64,000 nt of DNA, from assembly GCF_009914755.1 (NCBI RefSeq), contig NC_060928.1. The stretch is one strand, 5' to 3'. Below the pieces are notes generated by a model. It did no database searches. It worked only from the letters and a program-made list of their open reading frames with translations, and was not told the origin of the DNA. This DNA is from the human T2T-CHM13v2.0 reference genome, Homo sapiens. The position numbers and the translations under genes are program-made. Position 1 is the stretch's first letter, and each line of letters begins with the position of its first letter. Shown here piece by piece: positions 40,820-55,710 of the stretch.

Positions 40820-43800
40820 GTGAGGGTGACTTCCAATGGCTGACTAAAGTGATCTGGCATTCACTTCCTCCACAAAGTAGGACCAAAACAGCAAGTACAC
40901 AATCGCACATTAAATAGAGCATCAGAGATAACACTGGAATCCAGCAGGTAAGTGCAAGGAAACCACTGACACATGAAAGGAGAAGAAAGTAAAGCAGCTG
41001 GCCCAGCTAGGATCAGTTAGAAACCAGGAGAAACTGCCCACTGCAGGCAAAATGTAAGTGAGAGAGTCCCCAGCCATCAACTTTCCCACTGTGGATTCCT
41101 GCAATCTCAGCCACAGGAGAGTCCCTCAGCTCTTACGGGTCATGAACTACTACAGGGAACTACCTGGAGTCCATATGATAATATTTTTCCAGACAAGTAG
41201 TTCATACTGGATGTCACACACACTCTGAGACCCAAGCAGCTGCATCATAGCACCATTTTGAGAGCACAACTCCCACCAGACTACATCCTGTCTTGGGGCA
41301 CAACAGCCTTTGCATCTCCACGTTAATATGCTCCAATGTCGACCTAGAGGGTTGCATGTCATGACACCAGCTGGGGCCAGAGTTGCAGGGTCCAGAGATA
41401 TGACTGGGTCCTCAGCACTCTAGTTCACATAATGTCCTACATCCCAGGAAGTGGGCAGTGCAGCATGCGAGGGAGGCTTCTCCTGGGACAAACGGTGCTG
41501 AAGCATTAACTCCCCAGAGCCTGATAACAGCCTGCTGGGGTTGCTTCCACTGACAGCCAACCCATCTCTTCCAGAAGCAAGGCCACCGTACACTTATAAA
41601 TGCCTTCAAAGGGGCTGGGAACAGGTCTATCCAATTGCTTCCCCAGGGCCTGAGAAGAGGCCCGCCATGCCCAATACTGCCACCTGGGCCTACACTTGCC
41701 TTCTCGGGGCCTGAGTATGGGCCCAACCCTCTCACCATTGCTGCCCACAAATGCCTCCCAGGGGATCAGGGTCTGTCCAGCCCAGCCTGGTGCTGTCATT
41801 GCCACTGGTACCTGCCTGCAAATGCCACCTGGGAGCCTGGCCTCACAGGCCAGGAGAGAAGGTAATTATATATTCAAAGTGATGAACAACAACAAAAAAA
41901 AACCCTGCCATTCAAAAATACTATAAACAGCAAAGCTATCCGTCAACAATGAAAGAGAAATTAAATATTTTCCACACAAGCAGAAACTGAACGAATTCAT
42001 CACTAGACTGTCCCTAAGAAAAATCCTTAAGATAGTCCTACATCTGGATGAGAAAGGACAATATCTACCATCACAAAAACACGTGAAAATATGCAACTCA
42101 CTGGTAGGATAAATACGGAAATGAGAAAAAGAAATGTGTCAAGTATTGCCACTACAGAGAAAAAACAAACTTCAATAACAAAAACTAAAAGAGAAAGGAA
42201 GGAAAAAACATATACAAAACAACCAGAAAACAACAAACAAAATAACAGGGTTAAGTCCTCACCTAATCTTTTCAAAGATAAACAGAATATATTTCTCATT
42301 TAAAATATATAGATTAGCTAAATGTGTAAATAAAATAACCTGACTGTATTCTGCTCACACACACACAAAAAAAATCACTTCATCTGTAAAGTCACATATA
42401 TAGTGAAATTGGAAGTTTAGGAAAAGATATTCCATGCAAACAGAAACCAAAATAAGTAGGAATACCTAAACTTATATAAGATAAAACAGATGTTAAGTCA
42501 AAAACTGTAAAAATAAAACCCCCAAAAAAGGTCATTATATAAGAATAAAAAATAAATTCAGCAAGACGATATAAAAATGTTAAATATATATGCATCCAAT
42601 ACCAGAGCACCAGGATATATAAAGCAAATATTATAGATTTAAAGGGTGAGATAAACTCCAACACGATAATAGTTGGGGACTTCAATACCCCACTCTGAGC
42701 ATTGGAGGGATCATCTAGACAGAAAAACAATAAGGACACATTGGATTAAAACTGTACTTTAGGCCAAATGACCTAATAGACATTTATGGAAGATTTTATT
42801 CTACAGCTGCAGGATACACATTTCTATTATAAACACATGAAACATTCTCTAGGACAAACCACATGTTAGTCCACAAAACAAATTGTTTTGTGAAGACAAA
42901 TAGTCTTCAAATTGTTTTTTAAAAAATCAAAATTCTATCAACTATCTTCTCAGACCTCAATGAAATAAAACTAGAAATCAATAACAGGAACTTTGGAAAA
43001 TCTACAGATACATAGAAATTTAACAGCATATTCCTAAGCAACTATTGGATGAATGAAGAAATTAAGAAGGGAATTTAAAAAATATATGGAAATAAATGAG
43101 AATGGAAGCAGCCATATCAAAACCTATTGGATACAGCAAAATCAGTGATACCAGAAAATATTACAGCAATAAATGCTTACATCCAAAAAAATGAAAGATT
43201 TTGAATAAACAACCTAACAATGCACATCAAGGAACTAGAAAAGAAAGAACAAATGAAACCTAGTATTAATAGAAGGACAGAAATAATAAAGATTAGAGCA
43301 GAAATAAATCAAATAGATACTAAAAAAAAAACAACTAAACAAAGGATCAATGAAACTAAAAGTTGGTTTTTGAAAGGGTGAACAAAATCAATAAACCACT
43401 ACCTAAGCTACCAGAGAAAAACAAAAGATCAAAATAAATAAAAACAGAAATGAGAGATATTACAACTGATAGGACAAAAATACAAAAGATCGTTATATAA
43501 TATTATGAACAACTATATGTCAACAAACTGGAAAAGCAAGAAGAAATAAATTCCTGGAAACATACAAAGTCAATAAAAAGAGGTCATTATATAATAATAA
43601 TGGAATATCTTACACCATGGATAAGATACTTGTTTGAAAGATGCAATAATGGGTCAACATATGCAAATCAATAAATGTGATAAATACATCAACAGAATAA
43701 AGAATGAAAATTTGGATGGGAACACAGAGACAAACGGTATCTGACTGTATTAAACTAAAAAGCTCCTGCACATAGGAAACAGAGTGAGGAGACAACCTGT

Positions 43801-44815
43801 TGAACGGGAGAACATATTTGCAAACTGCATCTGACAAGAGGCAAGTATCCAGAATACACAAGGAACTGAATCCACTGAACAGCAAAAGAACCCCAAATAA
43901 TTTGATTAAAAATGGGCAAAGGAGTTGAATAGACACTTCTCAAAGGAAGACATACAAATGCCCAACGGACATATGAAAGAAAGCTTAGCACGCCTAATCA
44001 TTAGGGAAATGAAAACTAAAACCACGATGAGATATCACCACACATCTATTAGAATGGCTATTATAAAAAGATGAAAGATAAATGCTGACAAGGATGTGTA
44101 GAAAAGGGAACTCTCAAACAGCATTGGTGGGGATGTAAATTAGTACAGGCATTAGGGAAAATTGTAGAGAGGTTTCTCCAAAAACTGCGAATCGAATTAC
44201 CATATGATCCAACAATCCTACTTCTGGGTATTTACCAAAAAGATTTAAAATCTGCTCATTCAAAAAATGTCTGCACTCCCATGTTTATTTAAACATTCTT
44301 TATGATAGCTGACTTATGGAATCAACTTCAGTGTCCATCAGTGGATAACTGAATAAAGAAAATGTGGATCACACGCCTGTAATTCTAGCACTTTGGGAGG
44401 CCAAGATGGGTGGATCACTTGAGGTCCGGAGTTCAAGACCAGCCTGACCAACGTGGTGACACCCCATCTCTCCTAAAAACACAAAAATTAGCCAGGTGTG
44501 GTGGCAAGCACCTGTAATGTGGGAGAAATGGGGAGATGACTGCCTAAGAGTAAAAAATCTCAGCCAGTGGAAATATGTTTTTTAGTTCTATTGCAGAGTA
44601 TAGTGAATAGAGTTAATAATAGAATATTGTACCTTCCAAAATTGCTAAGAGAGTAAATTTCAAATGGTCTCATCACAAAAAATGTTAGGTATTTGAGGTG
44701 ACTAATACATTAACTAGTTTGATTTAACGATTCCACATTGTATTCATAAATCATAGCATTCCTTTGTACCTCACAAATTTATAAAAACACACTGTCAATT
44801 TACAATTTTTAAAAA
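40820..44815 (+). mobile_element. L1MA (L1MA6-like 3' end), 5'UTR to 3'UTR with large internal deletions; dead
   Basis: GC-richer 5'UTR 40820-41860; endonuclease relics LNIYASNT and IIVGDFNTPL (~42580-42695); ORF2 3' part gaattaccatatgatccaacaatcc; 3'UTR aaaattgctaagagagtaaatttcaaatg. Confidence 0.9.
44364..44518 (+). mobile_element. AluS fragment truncated at both ends, inside the L1 3'UTR
   Basis: cacgcctgtaattctagcactttgggagg...ggcaagcacctgtaat; no tail and no TSD. Confidence 0.9.
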
Positions 44816-46369
44816 GAGAAAAATACAGTAACTCCTGATTTTTACTTTTTATAGCATTCTCGATTTTTGAAATATTGACCAAATTCATGAATCTCTTACA
44901 TTAAAAATTATATTGAAATATCTGTAGAAATTTTCATAAAATGTGGTTAGAATGATGGACTGAAATATTTCAGATATCAACAACATGCATTGCTTTCAAC
45001 TAAAATCATACTGATCAAAATATATTAAATCACACAAAAAAGTGTTAAAGTTTTGTTATATATTTGTGGAGCCATGCAGTAAATTTTGTTCTAAATTATA
45101 TATTTAGTATATTGAATTTTTCGCTGTTTAAATTTGAACTTAATTAAAGTATACTTTTTAAAGAAAAGGTGGGTCATGGCATTTTTCTTTTTTCGTTTTA
45201 TGTTTCTGAGGAATATTAAATAATTGACGTAGTCAACAAGGTGGTAGTAGGTATGACGGGGCATACATGAATACAGAGAGGTTTCCATGTTAAACAATAA
45301 TACCTGTCAAGTTTCTACGCTCAGCAAATGACACCAACACGCTTTTATTTTCAACATACAATACATTATCTGACCTCCTCCAGCTACCTTGTTTTGTTAG
45401 AAATTTTCTCTTTCCTTGTGATGCCTATCAATAAAGGCACCAAACACATATATTTTAGCATGAATTCATATTGCTTTTAGGTATGATAAAGCATAACAAA
45501 ACAGTTTAGTCCACATGGGATATATAATACAATCAATTTGCGAGAAGAGCAAACTTGTACTAACTTCACACTATTACTGATGTGAATGTTTTTTCTCTTA
45601 TTGCTAGTCTTAATACAGGGATTTTTTTTATGTCTAAATACAAATGATGTAGCAAGGGTATATATTCAAGTCCAAAGGGAAATGTTTTATTCAGCAAGAA
45701 ATATCTTTAAAGCACTTGATGTGTTTTACAAATGAGTTCTTGTAGAAAATAGGATTTTATTTATTAGGAAGAAGAATTGGCAAAATGGTAGTACTCTAAT
45801 ACCATTTTGGCAATGGCTAGGTCTGTAATGCATTATTTGTTTTACAGGAAGTACTGTAAAATTATAGAAGTAAAAGACATAGTCATTTATCATTTTTCCC
45901 TTCATCAGGGCAGACTAAGTATTTTTCAACATATTTCATTCTTTTGGCAGTTTTAGTTAATTTATTTATCTAGTGCATTTCAGCTAAAAAGCAATATCCG
46001 CTTTCTTTTTTACTTTTCTATAATATTGACAGATAAATCACAATAATTATTATAAAGCTATCTACTCATATTTTTATAGCATATGTGGTAGAAAATTTAC
46101 TTGAAACTTGAATTGCATAGGGAAAAATAAAGATAAAAAGTCCACAATTATATTATACATAAGTGATGCATGTATTTGTAGAGTACAGCAACAAGAGATT
46201 ATTCAGTAGGCAATCCAAGATCTAAGATTTGTGCAGTTTTCAATTGTGTGGAGGCAGAAACAAGGAGTAGTAAATGGATTTAGCATGCTGAACTCTTGGA
46301 CACTGAACTGTAACAAGAAAATTGAACATATTTTGTTTTGTGCATATAAAAGAAGTACTATTGAAGATG

Positions 46370-46625
46370 AGCATTCATTTATTTACTTAACAAATATGTA
46401 TAAAAGGTATGCTCTATGCCAGGCAATAATCAAAAGGCAAAACAGACAAAACTCTCCATGACTGTAGAGCTTACCTCCTAATTGAGAGTAACAGGTCACA
46501 TACACTGTTTATTAAAAGGGGATAAGTGTTTAAGAAGAAAAGGAAACAGACAAGGGGAATAGGAACACAGGTTGAAGCTAAGGCATGTGTGGGAGAGTGC
46601 AATGTTGCCGCTGATATTTGGGAAA
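46370..46625 (-). mobile_element. L2 3' fragment
   Basis: cattcatttatttacttaacaaatatg...ctatgccaggca...aacagacaaaa...tagagctta. Confidence 0.65.
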
Positions 46626-46679
46626 GACTTTCAAAAGATCTTTTAAAATTCTACAAAAGTATTCTGACATGAATATTCT

Positions 46680-48200
<1,521 letters not shown>

Positions 48201-49194
48201 ATGAACAAGAGCAGTTTGGATTCTTTGCCAATAGAGTGATAAGAACAGGAAAATGTGACTGGATTAACACTGGCAAAATCAACAATGAAAATCCGGTGGA
48301 GTCACTACCATCTGATGCTGGTTCAGGTAGGGTGGCTGAATAATACTCAAATAGTAAGACCATATGAAGTAAACAAGTAAATGAAGTTTTGAAACTTATG
48401 TAAGTCCATATATAAAGAATATATAAATCCAATTGAGGACTTACATATTTCTGTTATTATTTTTTCTTTTTCATTATGCTTGACATTTTTGAAACTGAAT
48501 TTTGATACAGTCCATTAGCCTATCGTTACATGCTGGTATGATGAGATTGCACTGAGATGCATAACGTAACATTTTTAGCATGAGCAACTGAAATTACAAG
48601 GTTTCATGGATTGTATGTTGTGGAGATTGTTTCGGCTTGGCCTTGATGCTGAGTTTGTGAGCAGGTAGCTTGTTGTGATAGAGTGAGATGAAATTGGTGC
48701 CCAATCAATGGAGAAAGTTGTAATGATGTATGAAATGAAAAATCCCGGCCCACCCAGTGCAGAGAGAATACAAACTCTCCTTTGCAATCACTGCTATGCT
48801 ATTTTCTCTAAATTATCATTCAACTGCAGAAAAATGAAAAGTCCATGGCAAAACCAAAACTTGGAGTTTTTAAGGGAAAGTGAGAGGTAAGATTCATTGG
48901 GGGATTTGGGAAAATGAAGAAGTAGGTATTTTACTGTAAGCAAAGGTTTATTTTTCATCATGAATATACCCCCACTTAAATAAGCTCCAATGATAATCCA
49001 ATAAAGCACACATGTGCACACACAGTGCATGCATACATGCACACGGCACACACCATAGAAAACTACCTATCCTGAAAAAAACACTTTGAAAGCATTTATG
49101 TGGAAACCTCAATTCTATAAACTATTTTAAGCAAAGTTTATGTTTTTTTTTCTTTATAATGCTTTGGAGAAGATAAGGGGAGTTCTTAATTAAT

Positions 49195-49530
49195 AAAATC
49201 ATTCATTAAGCAACTATTTGTTAAAACTATTACGTGTCATACAAAGTACGCATCACTGTGACACAACTGGGTAAAACATCGAATATCTCTTCTTTACTGA
49301 ACTTTACATTCTAATTCTGGCAATAAGGAGAATGAAGTCTATAATATGTTTGTAGTATGTGTTATGAAGAATAATAAAATATAGACGATAATAGAAAGAG
49401 TGGCATGAAATTTTTATTATAAGTAAGTTACCCAAAGAAGTGTTCACTGAGATTTTTCTGAGAAAAGTCTTGAAGAAGGCAAGGGAGCAAGCCATTTCAC
49501 TATTTGGGAAAAAGTACATTACAAGCACAG
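49195..49530 (-). mobile_element. L2 fragment
   Basis: tcattcattaagcaactatttg...gggagcaagccat...gggaaaaagtacattacaagcacagaga. Confidence 0.55.
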
Positions 49531-49562
49531 AGAAACAATTTTTTTCTCTACTGAAGTGTTGT

Positions 49563-50710
49563 TTTATTTTAGCTTATTTATTTTTTAAATTTCAACTTTT
49601 AGATACAGAGGGTACATGTGCAGGTTTCTTACATGGCATATTGCACCCAGGTAGTGAACATAGTACCCATTAGTTTTTAAACTATACCTGCCTCCCTTTC
49701 TCACCCCTGCAGTAGTCCACAGCATGTCTTGTTCCCATATTTATGTTCATGTGTGCTCAATGTTTAGCTCCTAATTACAAGCAGGAACATGCAGTATTTG
49801 GTTCTTTGTCCCTGTGTTAATTCACTTAGGAATATGGCTTCTAGCTTTTTCCATGTTGCTGGCAAAGGAAATGATTTCATTCTGTTTTTTTTTTTTTTTT
49901 TTTTTTTTTTGTGGCTGTGTAGTAGTATTCCATAGTGTATATGTACCACATTTTCTTTATTCAATTCCACATTGATAGGCACCTGGGTTGATTCATGTCT
50001 TTGTGAATAAATGTTCACTTTATTATGAACAGAGTGGTGATGAATGTATGAGTGGATGCATCTTTTTATACAATGGCTTATTCTCCTTTGGGTATATACC
50101 TAGTAATGGGATTGCTGGGTAGAAGAGTAGTCCTATTTTAACTTCTTTGAGAAACTGCCAAACTGCTTTTCACAGTTGCTGAACTCATTCACATTCCCAC
50201 CAACAGTGTATACGTGTTCCCTTTTCTCTGCAGCCTCATCAGCATCTGTTGTTTATTGACATTTTAATAATAGCCATTCTGACTGGTTGAGATGGTATCT
50301 CATTGTGGTTTTGATTTGCATTCTTCTGATGATTGGTGACGATGAACATTTTCATATGTTTGTTGGCTACTTGTGTGCCTTGTTTTGAGAAATGTCTATT
50401 CATGTTCTTTGCCTATTTTTAGTGAGGTTATTTGTTTTTTGCTTATTGATTTGTTTAAGTCCCTTATAGATTCTGGACATTGGACCTTTGTTGGATATAC
50501 AGTCTGCAAATATTTTCTCCCATTTTGCAGGTTGTCTGTTTACTCTGTTGACAGTTTCTTTTGCTGTGCAGAAGCTGTTAAATTTAATTGGGTCCCACTT
50601 GTCCATTTTTGTTTTTGTTGCAATTGCTTTTAGGGACTTAGGCAAAAATTCTTTGCCAAGGCTGATGTCAAAAAGGGTATTTACTAGGTTTTCTTCTAGG
50701 ATTTTTATAG
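49563..50710 (-). mobile_element. L1PA16-like 3' portion
   Basis: gagggtacatgtgcaggttt, catattgcacccaggtagtga; antisense ORF2 peptide [42 protein letters not shown] (ORF 50400-50645). Confidence 0.92.
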
Positions 50711-51116
50711 CTAAAACTACTTTAAATGAGAAACATTACTACACTGAATGAGAAAAAGGAAAAAAGGGACTAATCCAGGTAACTTTTAAACATAGAATTT
50801 TTATAACATATCCTGAAACTAATGAGAAAAAAATTTCAAACAATTATAAAATTTTAGTTACTATGTTTCGCAGGCCTTTGTTTGTTGCTGTTGTTGTTGT
50901 TGCTGTTTTTCACAGTAGTTTGAATTACGGACTCTGAGTTAATATTCTGTGTCTTCTAGGAAGGATGTAATAAATAAATATATTGAAGATAATATAATAT
51001 GAGCCAAGTTTCTCATTTTTGGAGAAGGATGCTACATATACAAAAGGGGGAGGAAAGTCTAAAATAAATCTTAGGGTATTAGATTGGAATTTAATATATC
51101 AGCATAAATTCAAATA

Positions 51117-51442
51117 CAGTCATGTGGCACATAACAATGCCCAGGTCAACAATGACCAAATACATGATGGTGTTTTCATAAGATTCTAATATCGTATTTT
51201 TACTATACCTTTCCTATGCTTAGATACACAAATACTTATTACTGTGTTATACTTGCCTAAGTATTCAGTACGATATCATGTTATACAGGTTTCTACCTAT
51301 ACAAGCGTAAAAAGCTATTCTCTGTAGCCTAGGTGTGTAGTAGGCTATTCCATTTGATTTGTGTAAGTACACTCAATCATATTTGCACAATGACAATATC
51401 ACCTAACAATGTGTTTTTTAGATGTTAAGGGATGTATGGCTA
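51117..51442 (+). mobile_element. Tigger3a (MER7A) DNA transposon MITE
   Basis: TA-cagtcatgtggcacataac...tagcctaggtgtgtagtaggctat...gtatggcta-TA. Confidence 0.85.
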
Positions 51443-51485
51443 TAATGGATATAGAAATAGATACATACATAAGCACACACATATT

Positions 51486-52452
51486 TGAAGGGGTGGGTTG
51501 CCCCTTCACACCTGTGGGTGTTTCTCGTTAGGTGGAACGAGAGACTTGGAAAAGAAAGAGACACAGAGACAAAGTATAGAGAAAGAAAAAAGGGGGCCCA
51601 GGGGACCGGCGTTCAGCATATGGAGGATCCCACCAGCCTCTGAGTTCCCTTAGTATTTATTGATCATTCTTGGGTGTTTCTCGGAGAGGGGGATGTGGCA
51701 GGGTCATAGGATAATAGTGGAGAGAAGGTCAGCAGATAAACACGTGAACAAAGGTCTCTGCATCATGAACAAGGTAAAGGATTAAGTGCTGTGCTTTAGA
51801 TATGCATACACATAAACATCTCAATGCCTTAAAGAGCAGTATTGCTGCCCGCCTGTCCCACCTCCAGCCCTAAGGCGGTTTTTCCCCTATCTCAGTAGAG
51901 GGAACATACAATCGGGTTTTATACCGAGACATTCCATTGCCCAGGGAGGGGCAGGAGACAGATGCCTTCCTCTTGTCTCAACTGCAAAGAGGCGTTCCTT
52001 CCTCTTTTACTAATCCTCCTCAGCACAGACCCTTTACGGGTGTTGGGCTGGGGGATGGTCAGGTCTTTCCCTTCCCAGGAGGCCATATTTCAGACTATCA
52101 CATGGGGAGAAACCTTGGACAATACCTGGCTTTCCTAGGCAGAGGTCCCTGAGGCCTTCTGCAGTGTTTGTGTCCCTGGGTACTTGAGATTAGGGAGTGG
52201 TGATGACTTAACTAGAATGCTGCCTTCAAGCATCTGTTTAACAAAGCACATCTTGCATAGCCCTTAATCCATTTAACCCTGAGTTGACACAGCACATGTT
52301 TCAGGGAGCACAGGGTTGGGGGTAAGGTTACAGATTAACAGCATCTCAAGGCAGAAGAATTTCTCTTAATACAGAACAAAATGGAGTCTCCTATGTCTAC
52401 TTCTTTCTACACAGACACAGTAACAATCTGATCTCTCTTTCTTTTCCCCACA
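51486..52452 (-). mobile_element. HERV-K(HML-2) solo LTR, LTR5B-like, 967 bp
   Basis: Reverse strand tgtggggaaaagaaagagagatcagattgttactg...cacccct-tca; TATA (51917-51923) and AATAAA (51656-51661) intact; perfect TSD CATATT at 51480-51485 and 52453-52458. Confidence 0.95.
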
Positions 52453-53177
52453 CATATTTCTTGTTTTTGTTTTTCCTCCGAGAAAGCATACAAACAATGA
52501 TATCTTGGTAACAATGTATATCCCTGGTGCCAGGTGTTGTTATTTAAATACTACTTGCCATAGAAACTAGGAAAAATGATTCCAGGGCTGTGTAATAAAG
52601 TGTTGAGGGACTGACAGGAACATGTCAAAGAACACAGAGGCTAGCTTGAAGTGGGCCTCACTGACCAAATCAATTTGAACATCAGATCAAAAAATGATAG
52701 TAACGCGTTGTAACCCATAAGCTAATATAAAAATCAGTAAGTCCATAATAATATAAACATAAACTTAATTAATAGGGAAAGAAAAAAATTTATTTACAAT
52801 AGACTTCCAACTAATTAACCAATAAATGTAGACAACAGGATGTAGTTAATTAATCACAATTTGGCAGTCATCAGTTATAATTGATTCAATCAGGAATCAT
52901 CAATGGAAGCTAAATACAGTAAGTAAAAATTTGATGAGGAACAAACAGGATGTTGATATAGTATCACAGTATCTCCCCACCAATTACTCACTAATTGCAA
53001 GGAATAAAACAGTATCTTTACAGAGGATAAACCTGACAGGCACCATTTGAAACCAGTGATCAAAATTAACATCACCAATAATGAGACAAACTTACATTAT
53101 GTATTTTCTTATATTATGCATTGGCAAATTCACAGCATCACTGTACAGCACTTGTGCCAAAAATTGATAACCTGAAT

Positions 53178-53668
53178 TGTTGGGAGCAAGCCCTGCAAAA
53201 TCTGGCCATAAACTGGCCCCAAAACTGGCAATAAATAAAATCTCTGCAGCACTGTAACATGTCCATAATGACCCTAACGCCCAAGTTGGAAGGTTATGGG
53301 TTTGCGGGAATGAGGGCAAGGAACTCCTGGCCCGCCCAGGGCGGAAAACCGCTTAAAGGCATTCTTAAGCCACAGACAAAAGCCTGAGCGATCTGTGTCT
53401 TAAGGGCATGTTCCTGCTGCAATTAATTCGGCCCATCCCTTCGTTTCCCTTAAGGGATACTTTTAGTTAATTTAATATCTATAGAAACCATGCTAATGAC
53501 TGGTTTGCTGTTAATAAATATGTGGGTAAATCTCTGTTCAGGGCTCTCAGCTCTGAAGGCTGTGAGACCCCTGATTTCCCACTTCACACCTCTATATTTC
53601 TGTGTGTGTGTCTTTAATTCCTCTAGCGCCTCTGGGTTAGGGTCTCCCCGGCTGAGCTGGTCTCGGTA
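53178..53668 (+). mobile_element. MER9 (HERV-K9/HML-3) solo LTR
   Basis: tgttgggagcaagccc...ggccataaactggccccaaaactgg...gagctggtctcggta; AATAAA at 53513-53518; perfect TSD CTGAAT at 53172-53177 and 53669-53674. Confidence 0.93.
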
Positions 53669-54223
53669 CTGAATCAAAATGAAAAAATGTTAAGACAAAT
53701 TCTACCAAATGACCACCTCTTACTCTGTAGGTCAAGACAGTGACAGACAAAAATAGGACTTAGGAAGTATCCTGAATTGTAGGTGACTAAAGTAACCGAG
53801 CAAGGAAATGCAGTATTATATTTCCTGATTTTAAGAATTATACTGTGGTTATGTCAAGACATGTAATTGTTAGGAAATACACACTGAAATATTTAGAATA
53901 AAAGGCATAATGTCTGTAACTTACTCTCAGATGGTTAAAGGTTAATAAATACTTGCAGAGAAAGATTAAGGCAAGTAGGCCAAATTTAAATAAGCGCTCG
54001 GATCTGTTAAAAAAGGTTTATAAAAGTTCTATGTACAATTCTTGCATCTTTTTTTGGAGTTTGAAGTTAAATAAAAATAAAAGCTTAATAAAAAAATTTA
54101 TTGGACTTCTTTATTCTTTTAGGAAGAAATAACATCTTTGCAATATTGAATGTTCCAATGTGGGAAGAGTCTACTTATCGCCTCTGTTCTTTTTTTGTTT
54201 TTTTTTTTTTTTGAAATATTTCT

Positions 54224-54488
54224 CTTTTTTTTGTTATTTCACAGCAAGATTTATTAATACATCCAAAAGAAAGAAATAAAAATCATTTTGTCACACTATA
54301 TACAGATAATACATACAGTGTTTCTTATACACGCATTACATCAGTTTTTACACAAGAAAAATATACATAAAAATGTAAACGTTTGCATATAAAAACCCTT
54401 AAATTAAACAAGGACGAGGTGACAAAAGGAGACCAATCCATTATTACTTCATCAAATTTTTTAAACAGTAGTATAGTACATTCATTGA
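54224..54488 (-). pseudogene. 5'-truncated processed retrocopy of an mRNA 3' end (parent gene not identified)
   Basis: Minus-strand AATAAA (54250-54255) 17 nt before an A tract (54225-54232); 11-bp TSD gaaatatttct at 54213-54223 and 54489-54499; U-rich 3'UTR-like composition. Confidence 0.75.
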
Positions 54489-54531
54489 GAAATATTTCTA
54501 TTCCACTCAGTACAGTTTTATAGTTTTCTAG

Positions 54532-54909
<378 letters not shown>

Positions 54910-55364
54910 TGTAAATGGAATTTTTTAATTAAAAGTTAAATTTTGATGTTTATATATTTTCCTTATGTATAGCTATTCAAATAATAATGTCTTAATAAGT
55001 CTAATGGTTTGTCATTTAATAATTTTTAATTTTGTGGGTATATAATTATATTATCTGAAAGAAACAAAAATATATGTTTTATTTTTCTTCTTTTTAAAAT
55101 ATGTTACCAAAACATTCATAACAATCTACCACAGGAGGGATAGGAAAAAACTCTTTATACTGATGATCCTAATTATAAAAATTCTAATATTTATTATGAC
55201 TACATATTTACAAATATTTATATTTTTTAAGAAATGAGAGAAGACTTATCTGTAAGGTTTCTTCATGCAAGAAGAAGAAAAAATGTTGGGCTAAGTAGTC
55301 ATTTTGACATTTAGCAAATATTTTTATAGAATGTACATGAACTTGATTTATCTTTCTTAAGTTT

Positions 55365-55710
<346 letters not shown>

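Larger units (their letters stand above)
50735..54098 (+). mobile_element. old L1MC/L1MD long 3'UTR hosting nested Tigger3a, LTR5B and MER9
   Basis: gagccaagtttctcatttttggaga, gattccagggctg, aaacctgacaggcaccatttga, ttaggaaatacacactgaaatatttag; A-rich end. Confidence 0.7.

Noticed and set aside
40820-41860. GC-richer block resembling a promoter or exon cluster
   Set aside because: Explained as the 5'UTR of the adjacent L1MA; CpG-depleted, not an island
48397-48447. 11-bp inverted repeat tatgtaagtcc / ggacttacata
   Set aside because: With a 29-nt spacer, an 11-bp AT-rich match is plausible by chance
50400-50645. ORF similar to L1 ORF2p
   Set aside because: Short fragment of a truncated L1PA; not an intact CDS
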